From a virus: a stretch of DNA of 64,000 nt. Below are positions 26,371 through 35,825 of this stretch, piece after piece (the first letter of the stretch is position 1; every line of letters begins with the position of its first letter). The notes below the pieces were generated by a model. That model was given only the letters and a program-made list of their open reading frames with translations, was not told where the DNA came from and did no database searches. The stretch is from IMG/VR virus record IMGVR_UViG_3300023179_000029, positions 32,001 through 96,000 of that record; one strand, given 5' to 3'. Both the position numbers and the translations under genes were made by a program.

Positions 26371-27606
26371 TTATAATCCTTCTATATGTCTAGGAGTAAA
26401 TCCGTTAGTTGGATAACTATCCATCCAACCAACTGTGTGAGTATGTCCGCCATGACCATCGGGATTTTTATTTTGAATCGAACTTGCTGTTCCAATAAAT
26501 TTAGACCCTCCATTTTTATCAGTTATTTCGGTAAAAACATGCCCGGCATTAGCCCAAACTGTCATGTACCTACCTTTTCCGGGAACACCCCAATTATTTT
26601 CAAACCAACCAGAAGTTTCGGCATAAGACAACCCGTATTTACCAATAAATTTCATCATATAAGAAGTAAAACTTGAACAATCAAAATAATAGGCGCCATT
26701 TAAAGCTTTTGGCGGATTTGTTAAATGATCCGGTGTTATTCTTGCGGCAACTTGCGAATAAACGGTCGTATGATTATGAATTCTATTCGCCTCATTAATC
26801 CATTGTTGCACTAATGCTGGGGCATCTTGCGGCGCTACCGGGCTATTACCCGGATTGCTACTAGACGACGAATTATCCGCTTGTCCAGATAACGAACCGT
26901 AAGCTGACGCTCCGATCAAGTTATGCAAAAATTCATGAAATTCTTTAACTGATTTTGCATTTTCTTTTGAAGTATCTTCGTATAATTTAGCCACAATGTT
27001 TTTTATGCTATCTGGCAACCCCTCAATATAAATGTTTTTATCATTCCAACCGCCAATCTCTTTTAAAATGTTTAAAAGTAAAGATCCCATGCTGCTATCT
27101 TTACTAGTATTTGCCTTTTCTTCAACACTAAAATTGATGGCCGTACCATCATCTTTGACACCCCATCCATTAGCGATCATAAAATCTCTGACAAAGGGCA
27201 AAGCGGGGTCCCAATATGTGTGCTGTAATCTTTTTAAAGTACAGGAGGCCTGTATTTGAGCCATTCCCGGCAATAATTGGATATATGGCGTTGTGTCACA
27301 GTAACCGGTAAATACCTGAATGGGCCTACCTTTTAAACGAGTTAAGGTGATGATGATTGGATCCATGGGATGAAACATTGGGCGAATGGATCCATCTGGG
27401 TAGATATGCTCGGTAAATAAAAATCTGGTCTGATTAGCATTCCTTTCATCAGCAACTTTTGGGTTTCTAAAATCAATAGAAGCATAGCTAGTTGCGTTGA
27501 TTCTACGATCAACTGCAAATGAAGTGACATAGGGGCTTAAATCAAAAACGCCCGTGTCAGATTTTACCCAAACATTAACCGATGGGGAATAAACTAATCT
27601 TTTCAT
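26371..27606 (-). CDS. Hub N-terminal paralogue 1 + NlpC/P60 cysteine peptidase
   Basis: Shared N-domain; C-terminal YSQ...FDCSSFTSY...WANAGHVF (Cys/His dyad). Confidence 0.85.
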   Translation of the reverse strand: MKRLVYSPSVNVWVKSDTGVFDLSPYVTSFAVDRRINATSYASIDFRNPKVADERNANQTRFLFTEHIYPDGSIRPMFHPMDPIIITLTRLKGRPIQVFTGYCDTTPYIQLLPGMAQIQASCTLKRLQHTYWDPALPFVRDFMIANGWGVKDDGTAINFSVEEKANTSKDSSMGSLLLNILKEIGGWNDKNIYIEGLPDSIKNIVAKLYEDTSKENAKSVKEFHEFLHNLIGASAYGSLSGQADNSSSSSNPGNSPVAPQDAPALVQQWINEANRIHNHTTVYSQVAARITPDHLTNPPKALNGAYYFDCSSFTSYMMKFIGKYGLSYAETSGWFENNWGVPGKGRYMTVWANAGHVFTEITDKNGGSKFIGTASSIQNKNPDGHGGHTHTVGWMDSYPTNGFTPRHIEGL

Positions 27607-28628
27607 TTATTATGACCACCATACCCACCCCTAGATCTATTGCTAGCATAGTGATTAGAATACTGAGGGCCTGTAGTATGTTTTCCAGACCCTACGGTGC
27701 CTTTTTTAATTGAATCTGCCCAGCGTTTACGATCTCTTATAATATTTGGATTGGCTTCACCAAAACTTCCAACCGGTACGGGCGATGCTCCAACCGTAGT
27801 TGACTGTGGATTTTTAACAGGTTGACCAGAAGCAATTGGTTGATTTGGATTTTTTTGTTGAGGACCAATAATCCTAAAAATTTCCATCCATGATGAAATT
27901 TGGCTACCATCATCTTCGACATCTTCATAAATACCAATTTTATCCGCTTTCATAGTAGAATACGCGGGAATAAATTCAAATTGAAAATCAGGAGCAAAAT
28001 TAAATTTTGTTGCCCCAGCTGCAATATTTGTGATATATCCTTCGACTTTTAAAGGTAGGTGTCCTCCCTTGGTATGCCTTGGAGCCGATTTAACAACTTT
28101 TGGTCCCGAGTCTTTAACCAATAGCGTGATCGTTTGAGCGCTAACACTTGCGCCTTTTCGTGCTTTATCTGGATTGCCGTCTTTATTATCATAAAGATCT
28201 TGGTTTCCGGTAACCGCAGCAAAATGACATTCTCTAATAAAAGATGCAAGCCTGTTATATTCTTTTTGATTTGGCATTGTGCCAGAAACTGTCATTTTTG
28301 GTTGATTAAATGCTCTTGGAAAAAATTGTCTACGATAACGACTTTGACCAGTCACCCCGGTCAAAGAAAAATCAATATTAATTTCATTTACCCAAAGTTT
28401 CATGTATGCCCCAAATGGAGCCAAAAGAGCAACATTCCAATTTTGCCCTTTACTATCAGGACTAACATTGGGAATATTAACTGCATAACCCTTATCGGAT
28501 CTATTTTCAAGAATTTTTAATTCTTTAGATTCATATTGATTTGATTGCCTGTATGCATTGTTTTTATATAGACCATCATTAATGCGTCTTTTTGGCGATC
28601 TAGGATGTGTTTTCTTTTCTTTTGCCAT
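27603..28628 (-). CDS. Tail tube initiator / baseplate protein
   Basis: 341 aa between tape measure and hub genes; beta-rich core. Confidence 0.5.
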   Translation of the reverse strand: MAKEKKTHPRSPKRRINDGLYKNNAYRQSNQYESKELKILENRSDKGYAVNIPNVSPDSKGQNWNVALLAPFGAYMKLWVNEINIDFSLTGVTGQSRYRRQFFPRAFNQPKMTVSGTMPNQKEYNRLASFIRECHFAAVTGNQDLYDNKDGNPDKARKGASVSAQTITLLVKDSGPKVVKSAPRHTKGGHLPLKVEGYITNIAAGATKFNFAPDFQFEFIPAYSTMKADKIGIYEDVEDDGSQISSWMEIFRIIGPQQKNPNQPIASGQPVKNPQSTTVGASPVPVGSFGEANPNIIRDRKRWADSIKKGTVGSGKHTTGPQYSNHYASNRSRGGYGGHNK

Positions 28629-29323
28629 TATGAACTCTTATTTTGTCCCCATTTAGGTATCGAAACGTCGGCTCCTAAAGATGAAAAATCTGCGTTGTCA
28701 AGCCAAGATGGAAGAATCTTGCCATAAAATTGTACGGTTTCATTATCCCATCTTTTGGGATCGTTTTGTTTATATTGTTTATTTGTCGGAGCGCTCCAAG
28801 GATTGTTTTCATGAAATCCTATTTCCGCAGTGGCTGTACCAAAGGGGCTAAATTCTCCTTCGGTGGAAACTCCTGCAAAATCTTGAGAAGATAAAACGGA
28901 ATCTTCAAATCTATCATCAAATTCAGAAACCGCCGCTTGTAATTCCCATGTAGGTGCAGTCACCTCTGTCCCATATTTAAAACCGGGCAAATTTTTAGGC
29001 CAAATAGAGAATTTCCAATCTCTATGTGGGTAATACATTTCCACGGGTCTGCTATCATATTTAGGATCACCAGCGCGACCCTGCGTTGCATTTTGCATGT
29101 AAGAAATAAACCATTTGTAAATAACTTCAATGTCTCTATATGTTCTAACCTCTCCACTAATATTTAAATCGTCAACATACATAGATAAAATTTGTACAAC
29201 TTCGCCGCCATATGTCGGATAATTAGCGGTATTTAATCCATATGACCAAACAATTTCATTCGGTTTAACACGAACAACTAAATCATCTGTCATAGAAGGG
29301 TGTTTAAAAATTAATTCATTCAT
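28628..29323 (-). CDS. Tail tube initiator / baseplate protein
   Basis: VKPNEIVWSYGLNTANYPTYGGEVVQILS; directly downstream of the tape measure gene. Confidence 0.6.
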   Translation of the reverse strand: MNELIFKHPSMTDDLVVRVKPNEIVWSYGLNTANYPTYGGEVVQILSMYVDDLNISGEVRTYRDIEVIYKWFISYMQNATQGRAGDPKYDSRPVEMYYPHRDWKFSIWPKNLPGFKYGTEVTAPTWELQAAVSEFDDRFEDSVLSSQDFAGVSTEGEFSPFGTATAEIGFHENNPWSAPTNKQYKQNDPKRWDNETVQFYGKILPSWLDNADFSSLGADVSIPKWGQNKSS

Positions 29324-31050
29324 CAGCTTGAACCGCCCGTGGTTTTGCCTGTTCTTCTATAAGGCGGTGCGTGGCCACGCGAAGCGGTGCGAGCGCCTCC
29401 AGAACCTACAGTAACTTTAGTTTCTCCGCTGGGGTCCCCATCAATTTCGAGATATCTTCTAGAAGCATCTGATAATCTAATCGTCACAACATTATTCCCC
29501 TGTGGTACATTTTCTTCTTGCTCTTGATTTCCCAATATTTCTTCATATTTATGTTTTTGAGCGTAAGCTCTTTTAACCATTTGGCTGGCTGTTAAATTAG
29601 GTCCATGCGGGCCAGCAGCTAAAACTTCGTTAATTTGCTTAGTATCAAGACCAGAGGCTTGCATGGCTTTAACTAAACCGGAATTTGACCCCCCTTGACT
29701 GGTAATTAATGCTTTAAGCGCATTAGGATTGGTTTTAGCAAGTTGCGAAGCATTTTGAGAATAAGCTTGAAATCCGGATTCTACAGCAGCTCTTTTTTTA
29801 GAAATTTCTTCAGTCCGTCTCATTTTTTGTAAATCGGCAGTGTCGATGCCAAGCATATATGCAACATCGGCATCGCGCTTATCTTGACCAAATTGAGTTA
29901 CCTTAAGTCCAGTGACGGGATCTCTGCTTACTGTGTCCTTTGGTGCCGGACCCATTTGGTTATAAAGCATGTCAATAGTTTGATACATCGCGTTATTTCT
30001 TTGTGCATATGTCGCTAGGCCTAATTGCCATGGATTTAAATTTCCGCCTCTCATCAAATTTGCTTGCACTAATCCATTATTTTGTAAACGATTAATTGCT
30101 AAGGCGGGTACACCAGTGGTCAAAGTCATGGCGGTCATTGTTTTGACTCCATTTAAAAACGTTCCGCCCGTTTGTCTTGATAAATCTCCAAATTGATTAA
30201 CATCGTTCATCATTTGATTGACATTGACATGAGCAGCCCTAGCCGCAGGAACTAAATCTTTCATTGCGTCAGTAAAATCTCTAACGCTGTTGGACCCGTA
30301 TCTAACGCTTTTATCAAGCATTTCATGCACCAATGGGTCGCTCGCAAATCCCGCTCCGATGCTTTTATTTAATTCGACCAATCCTGAAAAAACAGAATTA
30401 AATCCAGAGGTTCCTTGATTGTATCCAAGACCTAGAGTTGCTTTACCAAGTTCTTCCGCCTGTCCAGTAGTAATTCCGCCCCGCCACCCAGTTTTTAAAG
30501 CGCTTAATTTAAATTTAAGACCTTCTACGAGCGCAGGATTAAAAGGCGAACGAAAACCAATATCGGTTCCGGGAATAGTAACGTCGCCACTGGCGCCACT
30601 AATCCCTTGCATCTCTCCAATACTATTTAATTCGGTGGCGATAGCTCCATATTTGGCTCCCGCTTTTGAAACTGTGTCTACAACAGCCTTTGCACGGGGT
30701 ACGTAATCTGATCCCGCTTTAGAGAAAAATTGGGCGCCTTTTTCAGCAGATCTTTCTATAGCTTTTGGCGGCCGACTAATACCATCTTCTTGTTCTTGTT
30801 TGCTTCTTTTCTTTTCTAATGAAGAACTTAATTTACTAAGTCCGGCAGAAGCCAGTTTGAACATATCATTACTTTTGCCTGCGGGTGTAATGCTAGAATT
30901 AGGGGGTGTTGATTGACTGCCTTCCTCGCCTTCTGCTGCGCCAACGCCACCGCTTTTAACGCTAATGTCAATATCGGATAAAACTCCCTTGATTTCCCCT
31001 AGGAGCTTAACGACTTCAGCGTTACCGATGGCTTCTATATTGTCTGGCAT
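29323..31050 (-). CDS. Probable tape measure protein (short, 575 aa)
   Basis: A/G/S/Q-rich helical composition; next minus-strand gene after the chaperone. Confidence 0.65.
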   Translation of the reverse strand: MPDNIEAIGNAEVVKLLGEIKGVLSDIDISVKSGGVGAAEGEEGSQSTPPNSSITPAGKSNDMFKLASAGLSKLSSSLEKKRSKQEQEDGISRPPKAIERSAEKGAQFFSKAGSDYVPRAKAVVDTVSKAGAKYGAIATELNSIGEMQGISGASGDVTIPGTDIGFRSPFNPALVEGLKFKLSALKTGWRGGITTGQAEELGKATLGLGYNQGTSGFNSVFSGLVELNKSIGAGFASDPLVHEMLDKSVRYGSNSVRDFTDAMKDLVPAARAAHVNVNQMMNDVNQFGDLSRQTGGTFLNGVKTMTAMTLTTGVPALAINRLQNNGLVQANLMRGGNLNPWQLGLATYAQRNNAMYQTIDMLYNQMGPAPKDTVSRDPVTGLKVTQFGQDKRDADVAYMLGIDTADLQKMRRTEEISKKRAAVESGFQAYSQNASQLAKTNPNALKALITSQGGSNSGLVKAMQASGLDTKQINEVLAAGPHGPNLTASQMVKRAYAQKHKYEEILGNQEQEENVPQGNNVVTIRLSDASRRYLEIDGDPSGETKVTVGSGGARTASRGHAPPYRRTGKTTGGSS

Positions 31051-31069
31051 TGTAATCCCGTTCTATCTA

Positions 31070-31085
31070 TGCTATCATCATAGCT
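31070..31085 (+). promoter_or_regulatory. Extended -10 promoter, probably leaderless
   Basis: TGcTATCAT lies a few nt upstream of ATG 31086; no SD. Confidence 0.55.
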
Positions 31086-31622
31086 ATGAAACTAACTTTG
31101 AATAAAATTCTATTTTCAATTTGGATCGGATTTATATTGATTCAGAGCAATAATCCAAATCCCAATTCAACATCAAGTATGAACTTTTTGAAAATTACTG
31201 GTTTATTAATTGCTATTGCAATAATTAATTGGTGGATTTCAGAGACAATAGAGCAAAATAAGCGCTTGGAAGAACATGGAGGCGTCGACCCTTGGGAAGT
31301 TTATCGCAAATACGTTTATCAATACTATTACATGTCTGGTGAAATTGGTGGTTGGACGGTTACCTCCATTAATTTGCCGACGCCATTTGATTCAGAATAT
31401 TATAAGCACAAAGAAATATGGCATAAGCCCGGTTATTGGCAAGACGAATGGAAGGCTTTTTGTCTTGGCATGCCTTCAGTTTACACTGAAGCCAAGAGCT
31501 TGCCAGCACCTTGGCGCGGCCCGACCATGAGTTCAATCAATCCATCTATTTATTACAAGGGTACCGAACAAGAGATTCGCTCATGGCGCGAAAATCTACT
31601 TAATGACGCCCTCCCTCTTTAA
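31086..31622 (+). CDS. Membrane protein antisense to the tail operon
   Basis: Two N-terminal hydrophobic segments (ILFSIWIGFILI, ITGLLIAIAIINWWI) then a W/Y-rich domain. Confidence 0.65.
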   Translation: MKLTLNKILFSIWIGFILIQSNNPNPNSTSSMNFLKITGLLIAIAIINWWISETIEQNKRLEEHGGVDPWEVYRKYVYQYYYMSGEIGGWTVTSINLPTPFDSEYYKHKEIWHKPGYWQDEWKAFCLGMPSVYTEAKSLPAPWRGPTMSSINPSIYYKGTEQEIRSWRENLLNDALPL

Positions 31623-31958
31623 TTCAGCAAGCAGCTTATTAACATCGTCCTCTGTTTCAGGGACAACGGCATCAATTTCAAAATCGCCTTCTTCGACATC
31701 GGCTTCATTAAATAGAGCGCCATACAAATCAGGGTTAGAAATAAAGATGCTATTTTTTAACTCAGCTTCTTTTTGCTGAAGCGCATTTTTGGAATCTACG
31801 GAAATTTTGTATATAAGAAGCCTGCGTTGAACAGCATTTAATCCTGTTCTTCGGCCTCCAACATGTTCATAATTTCCGATACTGTTGATGAATCGGCCTT
31901 CGGCATCGAAGAGTCTGGCGAGGCCGTAAAGGTACTCAGACTCTCTTGTGATAAATTT
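31596..31958 (-). CDS. -1 frameshift extension of the chaperone (gpGT-like), absent from the ORF track
   Basis: In-phase A_AAT_TTA heptamer (31958-31952); the -1 frame is open for 118 codons to TAG 31598-31596 (ITRESEYLYGLAR...LKREGVIK). Confidence 0.85.
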   Translation of the reverse strand, partial: KFITRESEYLYGLARLFDAEGRFINSIGNYEHVGGRRTGLNAVQRRLLIYKISVDSKNALQQKEAELKNSIFISNPDLYGALFNEADVEEGDFEIDAVVPETEDDVNKLLAELKREGVIK

Positions 31959-32371
31959 TCCATTTCCTCCAAAACGTTCGCCTGTCTTTCAAGTAATTGC
32001 AAATAAGCGTTATAAATATGAACAATGGTTGGTTCATACCAATTACTGATTAAATAATTAAAGCGACCTCGGGCGTTGTCTTTTTTATTAAACCCGGCTT
32101 TTGGACAAAATTCTTCTTCGCCATCAACTGAAACTAATGCCAAGGCAACTTGAGCAGCTACCCAAGCTTTACCTTGACCAACTGTTTCATTGTATTCTTT
32201 AATTAATAAAGAACATAATAGCTGTTCTTCTAAACGTAGAGTTCTAATTACAAATTCATGACCGCAATAATCAACAACGTCTTCAAGATATCCTAGCCAA
32301 AGAAGGCCATTCACATCTTCTAAAACGTCGTCAGGGAACTCGTCTTTAACTTCAAAATTACTTTCCATCAT
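31838..32371 (-). CDS. Tail assembly chaperone (gpG-like)
   Basis: Between tube and tape measure genes; GHEFVIRTL; ATG 32371 follows AAGAAAGG. Confidence 0.8.
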   Translation of the reverse strand: MMESNFEVKDEFPDDVLEDVNGLLWLGYLEDVVDYCGHEFVIRTLRLEEQLLCSLLIKEYNETVGQGKAWVAAQVALALVSVDGEEEFCPKAGFNKKDNARGRFNYLISNWYEPTIVHIYNAYLQLLERQANVLEEMENLSQESLSTFTASPDSSMPKADSSTVSEIMNMLEAEEQD

Positions 32372-32417
32372 AACCTTTCTTTTAACCCCCAAAAGGGGAC
32401 TTTAAACTTTTTATAAA

Positions 32418-33065
32418 TTAACCGAATGTGGTGGTGGTAGAGTCATAAGGAGTGACTCCACCAAGGTTCGTAGACCGGCGCTGAAGCATTGGATTGCGAC
32501 CACCGCGAGTCATGAACGTATAATTTACAAGTACGTTTTTAACAATTTCAAGTTTGCCAATTTCAATTTGCTCGCCATCTTCAACATTAGAAATGACGCA
32601 ATTGTGATACTCTTCGGTATAAGGTTTCATTGTCTTGCCGCGAATTTGAGGCGGCTTAATGTATTTAACAATGCGGATTGGTCGTGGAGAGTTTGACACT
32701 GCATTAAAAATACCGACAATATCGACCGGACCATGCCCTTTACCAAGAATTGAATCTTTAGAAACTTGTGAAGTGCCTGCTGCGTCTCCGCCTAGGTAAC
32801 TTGCAAGTCGTTCCCAAACTTGAGAACCATAAAGTTCAAAAAGCTGAAGTGTAATTGCGCCCATGCCCGCTGCCTGAGAGGTAACAAGCTCTACTGGATA
32901 TGGCTCATCAAGGGGGTGAATTTCTTTAGTTGGGGTAACAGGAGTCGGAGAAGTATGATCGATCTCCTTAGCGAAAAGAATGGGCTTATCGTCCCATGTA
33001 AAAACTGTGAAACCCGAACCAGCAATTCTGATTCTATTTTTTGCGCCAATGAGGTCACTAGCCAT
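32418..33065 (-). CDS. Tail tube protein
   Basis: Immediately after the sheath; RIAGSGFT...IHPLDEPYPVELVT...YHNCVI..VEDGE. Confidence 0.8.
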   Translation of the reverse strand: MASDLIGAKNRIRIAGSGFTVFTWDDKPILFAKEIDHTSPTPVTPTKEIHPLDEPYPVELVTSQAAGMGAITLQLFELYGSQVWERLASYLGGDAAGTSQVSKDSILGKGHGPVDIVGIFNAVSNSPRPIRIVKYIKPPQIRGKTMKPYTEEYHNCVISNVEDGEQIEIGKLEIVKNVLVNYTFMTRGGRNPMLQRRSTNLGGVTPYDSTTTTFG

Positions 33066-35112
33066 TTGTCACTCCTGAGTTATTTGTATTAGTTAGTGTT
33101 AATGATCCTGATGTAAGGTCTACTGCAAATGAAACATTTACATAGTTTACTGGGAATGATGGGCGGTAACTAAACGTTACATTAATAATAGTTGGGTTAA
33201 GATCTTTGAATGTTGCGACAACATCTCCGTAACCAACAATGTCGCCGTCTGTAACAAGCGTTTGTAGCACTCCGCGAATTGCACTTTCAACAACAAGCGG
33301 AGCATTGTTGTCGGCAACAACGGTTCCAATAATCTGATTATCAATAGTTTGTAGGACTGAAAGTACCATTTTCTGTTTTGCTCTAACAACCGAAAGTTCT
33401 GATTTAGCAACAGTTTCAGTATTAACTGTTAAAGCATGTCTTACTTGAATGACCCCGTTACTATTTGTTTCAATAACAAATAGTCCATTTTGCGCATCTA
33501 GGTTCTTGTCGTCTTTACTGCGTGGATCAACATAAGTAAGACCAAGAAGGCTCTTACGAGTTAAAGTTTGTGAAGGCGCAAATCCAACCATGCGGCCTGC
33601 AATCGCGGCTGCGGCGTACTGACCGCCGATATCCACAGAGGCTCCTTTTGGAGACACAGTTTGGAATTTCGTAGGAGAAATGAGTACTGCCTGCTGGTCA
33701 TCGTCTAAAGTAGAAGCATGGCCTCGTAATGTATTTGGAAGGCCGTAATTTGGACTAGATACCCCATCTTCGCCTGCAATTAAAATTACATAATTTTGGT
33801 TAGAAGTTCTTTGAGATACGGTATATTTTTGACATTCTTTGATAATTCCAATTTGCGTATCATCTGTTAAATTAACATTGCTTCCTTGATATTGACCAAT
33901 TACAGGAACAATAACTCCAAGATTTTCCAAACTTTGTAATTTCTGTAAAGTAGGGTTCCATGTTGTAGTGGCATTGGCTATTTCAACGTCACTGGGCTGT
34001 ACGGCAACGTCATTAACTAATTTAAATAATGGTTGAATCCAAATGCGAGTCGCGCCGTTTAAGAAAGCAAGCGAGGCGGCTAAAGTGATGGGTTGGTTAA
34101 TAGTTTTTTGATCAGGTTCAACAAAAGCGGGGCCAAATTTATTAATAATGTCTGACATATTAGTATATAATTTGGCGGTAAAATGATCGCTTGGAGTATA
34201 TTTCCAAATGACTGCAACATAAATACCATCTGGGATTTGAGTTGCTCCAGTCGTGTCAGAAGCGGGGACATACACACTAATAGTACCCGGAGTCAGGACC
34301 GTACCGTAAGTAGTCGGCGTACCGGTTGTACTGTTTGCAACGGTAAAAGTATATCCATTGATGGCGGTTACTGTAAACGTGCCATTGTATCCGTCATGGG
34401 CTGAATCAAATCCACTAATAATGACGGTATTACCAACAGAATAACCATGAGTAGTAGTACCCGTTGTATAAGTTACTCCACCCGTGCCACTTCCTCCGCC
34501 TACAGCGGTTGTGGCTACAGCGCTAATAGTTGTGGCGGTTCCGTGTGATGTAGGAACATTATCAACGGTGTTCCTTGTTACTCCGGTTAACGTTACCGTG
34601 CCGGTTCCTGATTTACCAGTGTAAGTGATTGCGTCATCTTCAATAAGAATTGTCTGAGGATTGCTACTAGAAGCAGCGGGAAGTAGTGTCGCACCGGTGG
34701 TTACAGTAATTTTAATATCATCTGTTGATGTCGCAGATGAAATTGCTTTACTAAGAGTAGCACTAAAAGCGCTTGAGGCAGCCTTTGTCCTACGAATATA
34801 TTTAAGATTGTTTTCTGTTACAATCTCGTATTGAGTTCCTTGTGTATAGCCAACTGCGCTGTTATAAGCGCTGCCGCCCTTTAGAGGGTTGACAGCTGCA
34901 ACGGATTGGATTGCAAATGTACTTGATGCATTTGCTGGAACGCCTAATCTTACTTTGTTTAATCCACTTAGCTTAATTGGATTGGTGCTTACGCTTTCGT
35001 ATTCTGGAACGTAGCCAATAAGACAAATGTCGTCTGGCGTAGCAATGAGTGGCGCCACGCTAGGCTGCGTGGTTTCTTGAATTGAGACGCCGGGTGCTTG
35101 ATAAGTTGCCAT
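33058..35112 (-). CDS. Contractile tail sheath protein with inserted beta modules
   Basis: MATYQAPGVSIQE start; AAAAIAG, LTRK, IQVRHALT, ELSVVRAK, YRPSFPVNYVNVSF end. Confidence 0.93.
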   Translation of the reverse strand: MATYQAPGVSIQETTQPSVAPLIATPDDICLIGYVPEYESVSTNPIKLSGLNKVRLGVPANASSTFAIQSVAAVNPLKGGSAYNSAVGYTQGTQYEIVTENNLKYIRRTKAASSAFSATLSKAISSATSTDDIKITVTTGATLLPAASSSNPQTILIEDDAITYTGKSGTGTVTLTGVTRNTVDNVPTSHGTATTISAVATTAVGGGSGTGGVTYTTGTTTHGYSVGNTVIISGFDSAHDGYNGTFTVTAINGYTFTVANSTTGTPTTYGTVLTPGTISVYVPASDTTGATQIPDGIYVAVIWKYTPSDHFTAKLYTNMSDIINKFGPAFVEPDQKTINQPITLAASLAFLNGATRIWIQPLFKLVNDVAVQPSDVEIANATTTWNPTLQKLQSLENLGVIVPVIGQYQGSNVNLTDDTQIGIIKECQKYTVSQRTSNQNYVILIAGEDGVSSPNYGLPNTLRGHASTLDDDQQAVLISPTKFQTVSPKGASVDIGGQYAAAAIAGRMVGFAPSQTLTRKSLLGLTYVDPRSKDDKNLDAQNGLFVIETNSNGVIQVRHALTVNTETVAKSELSVVRAKQKMVLSVLQTIDNQIIGTVVADNNAPLVVESAIRGVLQTLVTDGDIVGYGDVVATFKDLNPTIINVTFSYRPSFPVNYVNVSFAVDLTSGSLTLTNTNNSGVTNG

Positions 35113-35168
35113 TAATTAAATCCTTCGGTTATTAGGTGGGAGTGCAAGTCAATAAAGAAAGGTGCGAA

Positions 35169-35825
35169 TTAATCAATTTTTGGTACTGGTTCGACTCCAT
35201 CAACATATGGATAAAGGAAAACCTTTGAAACATATTCGAATGGCATATCTGAAGGGAGGCTGTAAAACTCTCCTAAAACATTAACTCGATAAGAAGTTGT
35301 ATAAACTAGGTCATCTTCAGAATTCCATGGAACTTTATTAGTTGTTTCATTAAATCCGTTAATTTTATCTGAATTAATATTGATATAATGCCCAGCCGAA
35401 TCTGGAATTAATTCAGGCTTAGGCGGATAAATCCGATTGAAAAAATTGTTTGTGTAATCTGATAGATCCCCCATAGCAATAGTTTGGACAATGGTATCTG
35501 CAATTAAGTCTCTATCAAGAGAAGATAGGGTATTAATTGAAAATTCAATATCTCCGTTATACATATAATGTTTAAATTTCCAAATTTTTCCATCTTCGCT
35601 TTGAAATATTTCTTCGTGCCCAACTCCGACATTTTTAATTTCAGTTTCATAAAATTGAATAACAACCGCTGGAAATTTCTGCCTTTCTTTAGGAAACTCA
35701 ATGGTGACATTGGTTTCTTGTAATTTATTATCTACATGATTGGCAAAAACTGGTTTGAGTGATTCTACTAAAGCAGTTTTAATATAAGTCTTATATCGAA
35801 CTGTTTTTTCAGGCAAATAATTCAT
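35169..35825 (-). CDS. Tail terminator/completion protein
   Basis: Position upstream of the sheath; VTIEFP....FPAVVI. Confidence 0.6.
   Translation of the reverse strand: MNYLPEKTVRYKTYIKTALVESLKPVFANHVDNKLQETNVTIEFPKERQKFPAVVIQFYETEIKNVGVGHEEIFQSEDGKIWKFKHYMYNGDIEFSINTLSSLDRDLIADTIVQTIAMGDLSDYTNNFFNRIYPPKPELIPDSAGHYININSDKINGFNETTNKVPWNSEDDLVYTTSYRVNVLGEFYSLPSDMPFEYVSKVFLYPYVDGVEPVPKID

Noticed and set aside
24024-27606. Shufflon or diversity-generating retroelement behind the variable C-termini
   Set aside because: All copies are complete genes in direct orientation. No invertase, inverted crossover sites, reverse transcriptase or adenine-biased template/variable repeat pair is visible in the window.
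35185-35200. tRNA T-loop-like GGTTCGACTCC
   Set aside because: Lies inside a coding region with no cloverleaf; no tRNA genes recognised in the window.
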